This document shows, piece after piece, positions 50,314-61,765 of a stretch of DNA of 64,000 bases. The stretch is from Oikopleura dioica (lineage: Eukaryota; Animalia; Chordata): positions 1,943,929 to 2,007,928 of the forward strand of contig OU015570.1 of the NCBI GenBank assembly GCA_907165135.1, in the 5' to 3' direction. Numbering within the stretch: position 1 is the first letter of the stretch; each line of letters starts with the position of its first letter. Both the position numbers and the translations under genes were made by a program. Below the pieces are notes generated by a model. It saw only the letters and a program-made list of their open reading frames with translations, made no database searches and was not told the origin of the DNA.

Positions 50314-50378
50314 TAATCATAAAAGACGTAAAATCAATAGATGCAAATATAAGCGCAAGCGTTACGTCTTCTATGATA
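50314..50378 (+). promoter_or_regulatory. Candidate PSE-like element plus TATA-like box (copy 1)
   Basis: 46-bp block containing ATGCAAAT, 44/46 identical to 51453-51498; CTATGA 57 bp from the block start. Confidence 0.45.
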
Positions 50379-50400
50379 TCTACGGGTACCGTATGTCTTA

Positions 50401-50578
50401 GGAAGCAGACCTAACCACCGGTAACGAGAGATACTGGTTTGCAGGACCAGGGAGGTCGGACTGGAATCTGACTCGGGGTCACCCCACTGAACACTCCCGG
50501 GACAGAACGCCCTCGGGGATGCAGGGAGAGGTCGCTAGAATATAAATACAGTGTGAAGCACTTATAAGGCCGATTTTC
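50401..50578 (+). ncRNA. Candidate structured small RNA 1 (unidentified)
   Basis: Begins about 30 nt after the TATA-like box; successive hairpins GCAGACC/GGTTTGC, GACC/GGTC, GGGG/CCCC and CTCCC/GGGAG; first T4 at about 50575. Confidence 0.35.
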
Positions 50579-51452
50579 GGATGACAGCGAATTTCAAAAG
50601 TGGCCTTAAAATTGATATTTTTGTTCCGAGTCGTTTTGATGACGTCGCATTCTGTTGCCTTTAGAAAAAGATCCGCGTTTACATTAAAGATTTCGTCGTC
50701 GAATATGATCACTCGAACATCAAGGAAGAAGATCTCGTGAATCAGGCGAACAAAATCTTTATGAACATGAACCCTGCAATCTTCAAGCGATTATGGCTCA
50801 ACACAGGACTACTTCAAGAGGATGATTTTGAAGAAAAATCGAGCAGTTTGAAGATCTCGAGAAAGTGTTCTGGAGACACAAGAGGAAAAATTGGTCGAGC
50901 ATTTCCTAGCGTTTCAAATTGATGAAACATGTCTCGCAACATTGATAGAGAGTGTAAAAATACCTCAAGTTCAAGGGACAGACAATGCCGACGCTGAGAA
51001 GCCATTGACTTCAAAATGGCCGGAGACGCAGTCGAATATAAGTTATATTATATAACTAGCTTTTTTAGGTGAAACTTTCGGATCTTGAATAACAATAACA
51101 GTTTTTTCCTCTTTTGTGGACCCCAAGTTTGTGGACATTTTTTCCATTTTAAGGCCTTTAAGTGGGACACTTTATAAAAGATGCTGTTCCAAGTTTGTGG
51201 ACATTTTTCGCGGAAAGAAATAAAAAAGACAAAGCTAAGCTACGGTGGTCGTATCGGAAAAATCCGAGAAATCGGCCTCACCGAGCGTGCTTTTACGCGA
51301 ATAAGTTTTTCGACTCCCGCTGCGCCCTTTGGCAGAACAATAAAAGAGACAAAACTGCGAAACATGGGAGGCGCGCACTGAGCGTCACCCCAACAGGATC
51401 TCAACAACAACGAGGCTTGCAACATTTGGTCACCCAGATTTTTGGTCAGGTC

Positions 51453-51517
51453 TAATCATAAAAGACGAAAAATCAATGGATGCAAATATAAGCGCAAGAC
51501 TTCACTACCTCTATAAC
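51453..51517 (+). promoter_or_regulatory. Candidate PSE-like element plus TATA box (copy 2)
   Basis: Same 46-bp block; CTATAA at the same 57-bp offset. Confidence 0.45.
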
Positions 51518-51540
51518 TTATTGATACATCGTACTCAGTT

Positions 51541-51679
51541 GTCGGCCGGCCGGGAAACGGATGGAGGAGGCGGGAACTATCCTGAATCTTCCTTGTTACC
51601 ACGGGCGGACTTGGCACGGAGACTAGGCTCAACATGCTAGCAGCCCCATCTGAGGATATCAGCGTGGGGGTGATCTTTT
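51541..51679 (+). ncRNA. Candidate structured small RNA 2 (about 138 nt, unidentified)
   Basis: G at TATA+30; GC-rich; CCG-GGAAA-CGG and GGAGGA/TCTTCC stems; terminal CCCCA-CTGA/TCAG-TGGGG hairpin followed by TTTT. Confidence 0.4.
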
Positions 51680-51985
51680 AATGTGCTGGTTTACACCAAC
51701 TACGCTTTCGCTGGTTTACACTAGCGTACATGAACAAGATATTCAAGTAGAGCTGCGCATGGGTACGCGATCAGATCTAGATAAGCCACCTCACTCACAC
51801 AACCTGCTAGGTTCAAGAGAAAAAGGTCTGCTTCGTTATTTCGGCGATATATTGTACTCGAATTATAGACGTTTAAGCTTGCTACAGTTACTGATGCTAA
51901 ATCCTGCAAGGATCATGCAAAAACAAAAGCTGCTCCCGTGTTTGCACACTGGAGGACCTGGTCGACAAAATATAGATAAGAGAAT

Positions 51986-52348
51986 ATGAGTTCGTTTTTA
52001 TTGCAGGCTTAACGTTTTCGGAACAGAAATTCCATCATCAGAGCCGGTTGCTTGAAAACTTGACGATCTTTTTTACAAGGGAGAAACTGACCTTTTCTTG
52101 TTGAAGAGTGTTGAAGTTTGAAGGCAATTGGAGCCTCTGAGATTATAAAAACAGTTTGGGTTAAAGAATTTTCTCTAGAATATGGTTAGGGATCAAATTA
52201 TTATTCGCAATTTTGATCAGTTCACTCTTCAACATTAAAAAGGTCAGTTTCTCCCTTGTAAAAAAGATCGTCAAGTTTTCAAGCAACCGGCTCTGATGAT
52301 GGAATTTCTGTTCCGAAAACGTTAAGCCTGCAATAAAAACGAACTCAT
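51986..52348. mobile_element. Foldback MITE with arms of about 120-130 bp
   Basis: ATGAGTTCGTTTTTATTGCAGG... is the reverse complement of ...CCTGCAATAAAAACGAACTCAT; TSD unclear. Confidence 0.8.
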
Positions 52349-52556
52349 TTATCTTCTGATGTCAATTAACGATTCAAATAAGAGAATATATTGGGTTTTA
52401 CCGGATAGCAGTTACAAGGGGCAGTAAGGGCGCAGAGCAATCTCAAAGCAAGTACGCGGCCTTGGCCGTTGGTTCTACACCAGGAGTGGGGCTAACTGCT
52501 TGGCTCACTTAAAGTAAGAGAGTTAAGGGCACAGGGCTCACTTAGCTTCTCAAATA

Positions 52557-52640
52557 CAGTGAAACCCCAACTTAAGGCCGAGCAACATAAGGCCACTTTT
52601 TTGAAAAATCCCCGAAACCTCAGGAACGGATCTTCATTAA
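52557..52640. repeat. Left TIR of the CAGTGAAACCCCAACTTAAGGCC family
   Basis: TA-CAGTGAAACCCCAACTTAAGGCC; partner end not found. Confidence 0.6.
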
Positions 52641-53151
52641 GAAAAGCTATCCGTCGTTTGATAAAGTCCGGTAGGGGCTTCGAATAGAATTTCTTTGGTG
52701 CTTGAGAAACCATTGGCCGTGAAGCAACCTAGGTCTCCCTCAATGCACGGCATTAAGCGCAGCAGCTGCACTGGTGATTTTCTTGTGCTGAGCTTTTTAC
52801 TGCTTCTCTCGGCGACGGTTTCCCCTCCCGGTCCGACAATGTTAAGGACGCCTGGGCCACCTGCGGAACTGCAGGCACCGTTGTATGGTCCTTGATAGAG
52901 ACGGCTGCCTGTGGTTCAATTGGAGGAGCCGTATGAACCTGATTAGAGGAACTTCTAGGTGGGCCATCGTTTTTACAGAGAAATCGGGGCGGTCCGGGAG
53001 ACCCTTCCTTTGTTCCGGTGTATTGGCCAGTGGGATACCCTGCTGTGCCACATGGTTTGAGTGCAACTCCTTTACCGTTCTGGCATACCAATTTGACTGA
53101 AGCCACTGAAGCCAGCGCTGGAGGGGCTGTTCCTTGCAGGCCGTTGAAGTA

Positions 53152-53366
53152 GGTACCCGCTGAAACACGTGGGTGCGCGAAAGTTCCCAGAGTACAGATG
53201 TTCTAGAAATTTTTATCTCTGGGTTTCAAGGACCTGGAATGACCCCAAGATTAACTTTTTCGAACTTTTGTGATCAGAACTGTATTTTATCGGACTTATT
53301 TCGTAGAGTCACAAAGTTTGAGTAAAATATTTGTACTTTATCAACCACTTACATTTTTTACTTACC
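53152..53366. mobile_element. TA-flanked MITE
   Basis: TA-GGTACC...TTACC-TA; removal restores the YR frame. Confidence 0.7.
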
Positions 53367-53452
53367 TACCGTTGTAGAGTGAAATTACGAGAGCTTTGGC
53401 CACTAGAGCTGGCGCTCCAATCTCTGATTCTTCCGTGTGCAGCGCTCTGTAG

Positions 53453-53917
53453 GAAGGGTACTGAATAGCGCCGCTTTTCGCCGCCTAGCACCGCCTAGTG
53501 CCGCCTTGCGCCGCCCTGCGCTGCCCGATTCGGTTTAAACCGGGTCACGTCTGACCAAATCCTGACCAAACTAAATGATCGAAACAAGAGCGAGAGTTGG
53601 GCCCCGCAAACCCCATGAGTTCTCTACCAGAAAATGCGCGCGTAAGGACCTCTGGCCCATCGCGTGCGGAATAAATTGATGATTTTATGCCAAAATATGG
53701 AGAGAATTTAGACTCCCGCTAATAACACCCTTAATTGTTAGTTTTCTTCTTTCTGGTGGTCAGACTTTTCAAATAAACGTGTTCAAACGTTTTGATAAGA
53801 AAACAGAAAATAATCATTATTCAAACGCCGAAATTTTCGAGAAGAAAAATTTTAAGCAAGACTTGGCGGCGCTAGGCGGCGCTAGGCGGCGCAAGGCGGC
53901 GCTTTTAAGTGACTCAC
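53453..53917. mobile_element. MITE with 8-bp TSD just after the YR catalytic Tyr codon
   Basis: CTCTGTAG at 53445-53452 and 53918-53925; GCCGCCTAG/CTAGGCGGC subterminal arrays. Confidence 0.8.
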
Positions 53918-54100
53918 CTCTGTAGCGATGAAACATTCTTGAATCAGGCGCCCAGCTGTACATGATTTCGAAGTCCAGCTTTGGGATACCCGCTGCAATG
54001 CCCAAAGTAATGGCGGACGTTCTATCTGAATGGCCAGAGGGGACTCTGGCCAAGCCGAGTTCTTTTGAAGCCCGGCTGTAATGGTAGCAGAGGACACGAT

Positions 54101-56486
54101 GCAAAGCGGAGGAAACTCCAGCAACAACAAGTGGAATCAGAATGGTGGAAACCAAAATCAGAATAAGAACACAAACGAAAAAGCTAACCCTAACAACAAG
54201 AGCCAGGAAACGCCGATAATCAGAATCAGAACAACCAATTCAAAAAAACAGAAACAAAACAAGCCGAGAGGTCCTCAAAAAGAAGAACCCAAAAAGGAGC
54301 CTTGAATCGGCGTTTCTGCTCGCCCCTCGGGCACGTGAAGGGAAACCTTGGCTCTCGTCCAACTGAGAGGAGTCTTTCAAAACCGGATCAGTCATGATCG
54401 AATCTTGTAAATACCTCGTCCCAAAATATACCCAGGGCTCACCGGGCAACCGGTCGAGAAGGGATTCATTTATCTTTTTCTGTAACTTTCTACTGTTTAA
54501 AACTGTGCAATTCCGGACTTTCGGTTCGTTTTTACACGACTTGTATATTCTACAACTCCTCTGATAATCCTTCTCTTCAGAAACTGTTTCGTTCGAAGTT
54601 ATACTCGCGCAAGACGGGCAGCAAGGCAACGGCGCAAACCGACAGTTTTGGAGAACTCAGAGGTGACGATGTCGTGCCTCAGCAACGGCCCGCTTCACAT
54701 TTACCAGTAGCCATACCGCCTCCATTTCCTAAATAAAAAAGGGAGATCGCGCCGAATCGACGGCAAAGATCCTCCAATACAACCATTACTGGAAAGCCTT
54801 CTTTAAATACGGGGAAAACCCGAAGAAAACGAAATCATCATCGCTAGCAGCGGCGACAGCCGACGTTACGCAGAATCGTGCTTTTGCGGCCAAACATTCG
54901 CCGCCAGCGCCGGAGAAACCAAAGAAATGGAAAAAACCCGCTCCGAAGAAACCAAAGCGAGCACCTACATCAAATGAAGAAGAAAATGACTGGTTCGAAG
55001 AGGTCCTGGGTGAAGACCCAGATCTTGACGACGATGACGACAGTGTTTGTTCAGAGTCAGTATGGACGGACAAACCCTCTCAAGCTGAGAGATTCCGACT
55101 AAGCGACATGGTGGCACTCTGGGCCTATCTTCTGAACTCGGGGTACCCCGTACGAAGAGAAGCAGCGCTTTACAGCGCAATAACATTCTTTACAGGCGCT
55201 CGAGCAATCGAGGTAGGTAAACTATGGATTCAAGACCTGTACGAGTCTATCCAAGTTAATGCAATCGTTTTGCCTAGGGTTTTTCACGGAAACGGCGCGG
55301 CGCGCTGCGGCCCTTCCACCGCCAAAATCAAACTGTTATTTTTATCAAAAATGAAAATTAAATTATCAAACGTACTTATTGAAGGTCGCAGATTCCAAAT
55401 TTCGAATTTTTATTCTATATAAATGTCAAATCATGCCGTAAAATTATTTTTTGCACAAATTTCCTCACTTTTCTCCCGGAGTTCACCAAAATACACCTCT
55501 GATTTAGACCTTTATTATTTATCTCTCATAAATTCAGAATTCAGCAACATTCAGCAGATACTTAAACTGAGGGTTAACTAATCGAAATCGAAAACCAGTC
55601 ATTTTCTTCTTCATTTGGTGTAGGTGCTCGCTTCGGTTTCTTCGGAGCGGGTTTTTTCCATTTCTTTGGTTTCTCCGGCGCTGGCGGCGAATGTTTGGCC
55701 GCAAAAGCACGATTCTGCGTAACGTCGGCTGTCGCCGCTGCTAGCGATGATGATTTCGTTTTCTTCGGGTTTTCCCCGTATTTAAAGAAGGCTTTCCAGT
55801 AATGGTTGTATTGGAGGATCTTTGCCGTCGATTCGGCGCGATCTCCCTTTTTTATTTAGGAAATGGAGGCGGTATGGCTACTGGTAAATGTGAAGCGGGC
55901 CGTTGCTGAGGCACGACATCGTCACCTCTGAGTTCTCCCAAACTGTCGGTTTGCGCCGTTGCCTTGCTGCCCGTCTTGCGCGAGTATAACTTCGAACGAA
56001 ACAGTTTCTGAAGAGAAGGATTATCAGAGGAGTTGTAGAATATACAAGTCGTGTAAAAACGAACCGAAAGTCCGGAATTGCACAGTTTTAAACAGTAGAA
56101 AGTTACAGAAAAAGATAAATGAATCCCTTCTCGACCGGTTGCCCGGTGAGCCCTGGGTATATTTTGGGACGAGGTATTTACAAGATTCGATCATGACTGA
56201 TCCGGTTTTGAAAGACTCCTCTCAGTTGGACGAGAGCCAAGGTTTCCCTTCACGTGCCCGAGGGGCGAGCAGAAACGCCGATTCAAGGCTCCTTTTTGGG
56301 TTCTTCTTTTTGAGGACCTCTCGGCTTGTTTTGTTTCTGTTTTTTGAATTGGTTGTTCTGATTCTGATTATCGGCGTTTCCTGGCTCTTGTTGTTAGGGT
56401 TAGCTTTTTCGTTTGTGTTCTTATTCTGATTTTGGTTTCCACCATTCTGATTCCACTTGTTGTTGCTGGAGTTTCCTCCGCTTTGC
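54101..56486. repeat. Inverted duplication of about 895 bp with 597-bp spacer
   Basis: 54101-54995 versus 55593-56486, with only a few differences. Confidence 0.95.
54733..55274 (+). pseudogene. Tyrosine recombinase N-terminal half (inverted)
   Basis: RAESTAKILQYNHYWKAFFKY...FFTGARAIEVGKLWIQDL (box I, TGxRxxE); cut by a TAGGG hAT-like end at 55275. Confidence 0.8.
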
Positions 56487-59143
56487 TGGCCCTTTACTTG
56501 TTGTGATCTTCCACCTTTATTTCGCTGGTTTCTATTCTGCGTGGCCTTCTTCAAGTCAGCCTTATTTTAGCCTGGTTTTTCTTGTAGTTTATGAACCAGC
56601 GCTTATCTTCGGCCGACGCCTTATTGAACCTGAGGCGCTCAGTTATAAGCTTCACCCGTTTCTGATCCGCATGGGTGTTCGTACGGTATTCCTCGTTTTC
56701 ACGAAGCACCGAGTCCAAACGCATCTGAAACTTCCTGAGGAGGATTCGTTGTCGGCGAATTGTCTGAAATTTTTATCAAACTCGTCTTGGCATTCCTGTG
56801 TAAACAGGGAGTAGCAAAATCCAGCCTTGACAGCGTCTCGTTGTTCAGCTTCTCTTGGATTTTCATAATGATGATGCGGTCATCGGCTATTTCCAGCGGG
56901 GTAACCCGTAGGAGTTCGCTAATGATCGGCGCCACGTCTTTTTTGTCCAGGCTAACCAAGGCTTTCACCGAGGCAAATTTCTGGTGGAATTCTTGTCCCA
57001 CTTCTTCCAGGTTACGGTCGACCGTCATTTTCAAGCCTGTTGTCCTCCTTTGAATAAGGTCGTAAGAGTCGCCTTCGCGACATGCCGTTTTGATTCTCAG
57101 GCGTTAGGCCTTTTTCTTGACTTCTTTTTCCAGGTTTTTGACCCGATCTTCCAGTGACTGCCTGACTGCTTCCTAGTTGTCACTTTCAGCCTTGGTGTTT
57201 GCACCTCCTTGTTAATCTTCTCTTTCGAGTGAATGTTGAGGAATCTCTCCTCGTCGATGCCGGCCTGGCCTCTTTGGATTGCTCCCGTCTCTTTGTTCAT
57301 TTGAGCCGTGTTGTAGAGAAGTTTGAGGGTCCGAGCTTTCTGTGCTTTCGACTTAAGGTGCTACAGGATGGGCTCCATCTGTTTCAACTCATTTTGCGTC
57401 CTCTTTCTCTCCTTGACCAAGGGACCAAGTATGAGGTGACCCAAATTCTCCGCTTTAACACGTTAAGCCGTGCGCTTGTCCACCGGTTGTTTGCTCGATG
57501 ACAAGTCAAACTTCCCGCAGATGGCTGCGAAAGAGTTGTCTTTCCCTTTTTTTCCCAACGCGACTGGCGCCATGACGGTAAGGTTGGTATCCAAATCGTT
57601 GTCCTCGTCAAGGGAACTCATACTAAAAGGGGATCAGGCTAGAGATGCATCTTATTGTGTGATTGCAAATTGAAGGAAACTATTATACAGTCACTACCTA
57701 GGTCTCGAAATCCGGGTGCTTTGAACGACTAAGATCAGCTGTAAAATGTGCTGAGATTATCGACGACTCAAACTACCATGATAAACCAGCTGAGTTTGTG
57801 TATGACATGAACAAAAGAGACCGTTATAGAAATCCATATGCACGAGAAAATCTGACAGAAGCCTATGAGCGGGTGACATCCCTGAGACAATCGGCAAATC
57901 TTCACATACCCAGGGATAGAACCCTGATAAATGACGTCAATCAAGGAGAGAGACCGGATCAATAGAAAATCCTTCCTGTGAACTGACGTAAAACCTCGGA
58001 TCCGACGCCTCCGTAAAATGCGGATATACTTTTCAGGACGCGGAACGATCCTGACGATAGACAGCTGTAGATAAACTTATTTCGCAAAGAAATCTGGAGG
58101 CGCAAAAATACCAACTCAAAAGAAGACAACAAGCAAATTTTCTTCTTACATTTGATCCTGATCTATGGAATGGACCCCATTGGTGGATTTGATAATCAAT
58201 TCCAGTGAGTTGTAAGCGGACTTGATGATCACGTATTAAGGTCCAACGACCCCTGTTCCAGAATATTCCTGGCCAGTATAGGTCCAGGAGTCGAGTGGTC
58301 AGAGATACGCAGCATTTTCGTCGTTCTGACGAGAGAAGCTGAACCACTTATGGACATCAATAACATAATCAGACAAATGCACTTGAAAAAGTATATTTGC
58401 CCTCCTGAAGAGCTTTAGACCATGTATAGACCGAAAACTTTAACTTGAAAACTCAACTCCCTCAGAGGAGGGACGTGGAACACGTACAGTTATATCTCCC
58501 GTCGAAAATCCTAGACGCCACTTCTTAGTTCATCGTTATGTACAAACAAAGGAACAAGTCTCTCGAAGAAGTGGAAAATGGCAAAGAACGTAATTACGGT
58601 ATAATCAGTCGGTATAATAGAGTGGGATTAACTCTGTCTAGGAGGATGAAAAGCCGAAAAAAAAGGAGACAAGTCGAGAGATGGACAGCGCCCATATAAA
58701 AAAAAAAACGGAAAAGGAAATCATCGGCAGGATAAACGCATGGAAATGAATGCGCGCCAGATGTACAGACTGAGCAAGCGAGGCCGAGAAGAACAAAAGG
58801 GCGGTCGGCTGCCTTTTACAAACAATTTTTCTAGAAGTTCGAGGCAACAGGGACTCGAGAGCGTCCCGAACACTTCGAACTTAGCTTCAAAGCAGAATGA
58901 AGCACTAAAATGCGATGGGAAAGAGATTTTACTGCGAAATTCATCAGTGCTTTACTCAAATTCTTGGGAAAATCTGCAACCGGATCTTTTGGAAATTATG
59001 AAGAATAGTTAAAAGACTGATTAGTCAGCTGACAACCTGTTCATGTTACTCGTAATGTACGAAATGCGAAGAACAAAGTTACAAACCAATCTGGAAACAA
59101 AGAAGAATCAGATGAGAGAAATAAATCCTGGATCAAATCAGAA

Positions 59144-59398
59144 TTGGATCATCAAAAAGTTCAACTAGAAGAAATCTGCCCTTTTTGCTGGAAAAAACCG
59201 ACTTGCATAAAAATACTCGATTGCAATCATAAGTTTTGTCCACTTTGTATCGATTACGTTTTCTTAGTTATGACTGAATATTGCCCTGTTTGTAGAAGAA
59301 AAACCTCTTCAAGAAATTTTGCAGTGCAAGATCGAGACACGTGGGAAACAGAAGTGCAATCCGATGAAAGAAATCGAAGAAAAAATGTGACCCAATGA
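59144..59398 (+). CDS. C3HC4 RING-finger protein exon, probably host
   Basis: CPFC...CNHKFCPLC...CPVC; upstream ORF 58740-59012 may belong to the same gene. Confidence 0.75.
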   Translation: MDHQKVQLEEICPFCWKKPTCIKILDCNHKFCPLCIDYVFLVMTEYCPVCRRKTSSRNFAVQDRDTWETEVQSDERNRRKNVTQ

Positions 59399-60742
59399 TC
59401 AAATAAAGACTGTTATTTAGAATATGTTTACGACAGAAGAATTCATTGTTTAACTTTACGAAATTGGACCGATCTCAGTTGAATCGAAGATGACGAATTT
59501 CCCTACAAACAATCCAGCAAAACACAAGACATATCTGAGCAAAAATAAAAGATATGATAAACGCTGATCGAGAAACTACATAAACACGAGTAAAGACATC
59601 TCGGAACCAGTTAATGCAAAATCTTACGATCAGAATCATCATCTAAGGAAGAAGGGGAAAGGAGTTAATGGAATGCCATTAAAAATTTTGCCCTCTAATT
59701 AGCAAGCATCTTACTTACGGTGCAAGTTTCAGAATGAGGGCTATGGCGGAAATTCATAACCTCTAATGGCTTACTATATTACTGCTAAGAATGGTAGGAA
59801 TTTAAATCCGGAAGGGGTCCTTGGGCCAAATGAAAGGGAGAATAACACTTCTCTATCAATTTATTGGTTAAATAACAGAAGCTGCCAAGCTTCACCGACG
59901 AATCCCCGAACTAGATAAACCGAGGGTACTACGGACCTTTATTGGAACAATCTCGGGCGAAGAAACTTCAAGGTTTGCTCTTCTATGGATGGACAAACAG
60001 TTGTCGTCAGCCAACTCCTTTAATAAAGGACCTTTATAACAAAACCAATGACCGGCTGATAACATATATTACGGAAGCCTTCCAAGCAAAGTTTGGACGG
60101 ATGCAAGTTCCATTTCAAAAAAAATATTGAATTGCCGAGAAGAAGCTTTAGACTGAGTTACTCCGAATCAAAACGCGGACCCTCGTGTTACCATCAACGA
60201 TAATCCTAAAAAAGAGTCCGACAAAATACAACGCCACTCAAGAAAAGCCAGCCCAATCAATCCGGACCCAACTTTGCCCAAAAAGCAGACTATTCAACGT
60301 TTCCCAGTCCAGCTGCGAGGGGAGAAAAGTGTAATGATACATAACTATGAATTGACTGTAAATAGCCCCTTTAATCAAAGTCCATCCAGATCCGAGAGCT
60401 GGTACGCTACAACAATCGAATACATACAATTACTCTCTTATGGATCGGGATTGGCGCGGGAAAACCTTGCCATGAAAATGTGCCCTTTATAAACGATGCG
60501 ATTTCTTAGATTTTAGTAACTTGATGTTAGCCTGAAAAACAAAACACAAAAAATGGAATAAAATACAATTTCAAAACTTTACAGTGTGATCTACTCATTA
60601 TGGCACTATGAAGAGAGAGAGATCATCACAGAATAACGTACATGCACAAAAGATGGTGAAGATATGTGAAGGCTGAAAAACGGACTATTTTTTTCTTAAA
60701 TAAGCCTATTTATAGATGGCAATTTTTATCTTAATCTTCAAG

Positions 60743-60876
60743 CAGGGGTCTGGATTCGCTTTGCGAAATCGCCATATAGCGAAGCGAATTCGCTTCGCTT
60801 CGCTTTCGCTTTCGAAAATTTCAATTCGCTTCGCTTCGCTTTCGCTTTTCACTTTCGGGCAAAATCCAGACCCCTG
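60743..60876. mobile_element. 134-bp hAT-like MITE with TTCGC repeats
   Basis: TIR CAGGGGTCTGGATT; AATCTTCA on both sides, the left copy offset by 2 nt. Confidence 0.75.
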
Positions 60877-61214
60877 AATCTTCAATAAAAAAGTTTGAAA
60901 AGCGTCTAGAACATCCTAAAATTGAAGGAAGAAGGTCAAAATCAGGCCTTCTCGCGCTGCGCAGCGCGCGCAATGCGTCACCTTCCTTATTTGGAAGTCG
61001 TAGGGTGGCTGCAGCGCGAATACGCGAAAAGAAAAAAATTCAATTTTCTTAAAAAATATATTCTAATAAAAAAAAACTTTTTTTTTTTGGGAAAAAAGTA
61101 AAAAACAGATTAATTTTTGAAACAATTTTCAATAAATTTTTCGTTAAAATTTCAAATTAAGGCTTATTAATATTAAGAGAAAAATAATAATAATATTATA
61201 AACAAATATTCCTT

Positions 61215-61765
61215 CGGGCCGTCTCAGCCCCGTTTCTTGATTTTTTAAGGCTTGACATAGGCCTTGGACTTTGAGATGATCAAAAAATTGAAGATTATCT
61301 GTCTCCAAGATTCTGATAACACGAGACTCAGCCAATTTTGCTCCGAAGACGCGTAAAATAAGGCATCAAGGCAAAACTCTCAAGGGTGCGTCACGAGCGC
61401 GAACCTTCATTCACGCCAGTGAAATCCATCTCACTGCCGCGAGTCTTAGCTCACCGTAACGAACTTTAACTCACGAGAGTAAAATGTAACTCATCACCAT
61501 GGCTGCAGCAGACAACGTCTAACTCTCTTAAATAATTTCAAAACTGAGACCCCTTTCTTACGGCTGTTAGCCTCTTTCTACCACAACTAAAGCTAGATCA
61601 CTGTAGATAACATTAGACCAACACTCTTTTTAGACTTAAGTCTACTCACTATTGTACAACGCCCGCGCCCTCCGTACCCGCAGAAAATTTCGCTTCTCTG
61701 TTTGTGAATTTAAGGGGCTTGACGGCCCTTCGGGCCGTCTCAGCCCTTTCCCATGATTTTTGAAT
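61215..61765. repeat. Two monomers of the GGCCCTTCGGGCCGT hairpin family
   Basis: Partial unit at about 61215 and full unit at about 61710; flank similar to 26404-26445. Confidence 0.7.

Larger units (their letters stand above)
52842..54100 (-). pseudogene. Tyrosine recombinase C-terminal half with an extension of about 135 aa
   Basis: SGHSDRTSAITLGIAAGIP...SWAPDSRMFHRY (HxxR, W, Y); frame continues to 52842 after removing two MITEs. Confidence 0.8.
52842..57620 (-). mobile_element. Rearranged tyrosine-recombinase element (upstream gag-like ORF plus YR, no RT visible)
   Basis: YR box I and box II motifs on opposite strands around an 895-bp inverted duplication; degenerate coiled-coil and N/Q-rich ORF from 57620 to about 56222. 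Confidence 0.7.

Noticed and set aside
50409-50417. CCTAACC as a telomerase RNA template
   Set aside because: Only 7 nt complementary to (TTAGGG)n, too short to support the call.
50401-50640. RNase P or MRP RNA
   Set aside because: GGAAG and GGGAGGTCGGAC resemble conserved regions, but no CR-V motif or closing P1 helix was found.
50620-50922. pogo-like DDE transposase C-terminus
   Set aside because: Only a vague pattern (DDVAF...K.IR.Y...W..TG) with a stop and no catalytic core.
52842-57620. Complete DIRS retrotransposon
   Set aside because: No RT or RNase H motifs and no defined split or inverted terminal repeats.
61380-61525. Solo LTR related to 28530-28631
   Set aside because: Only short shared motifs; no TG...CA ends or TSD established.
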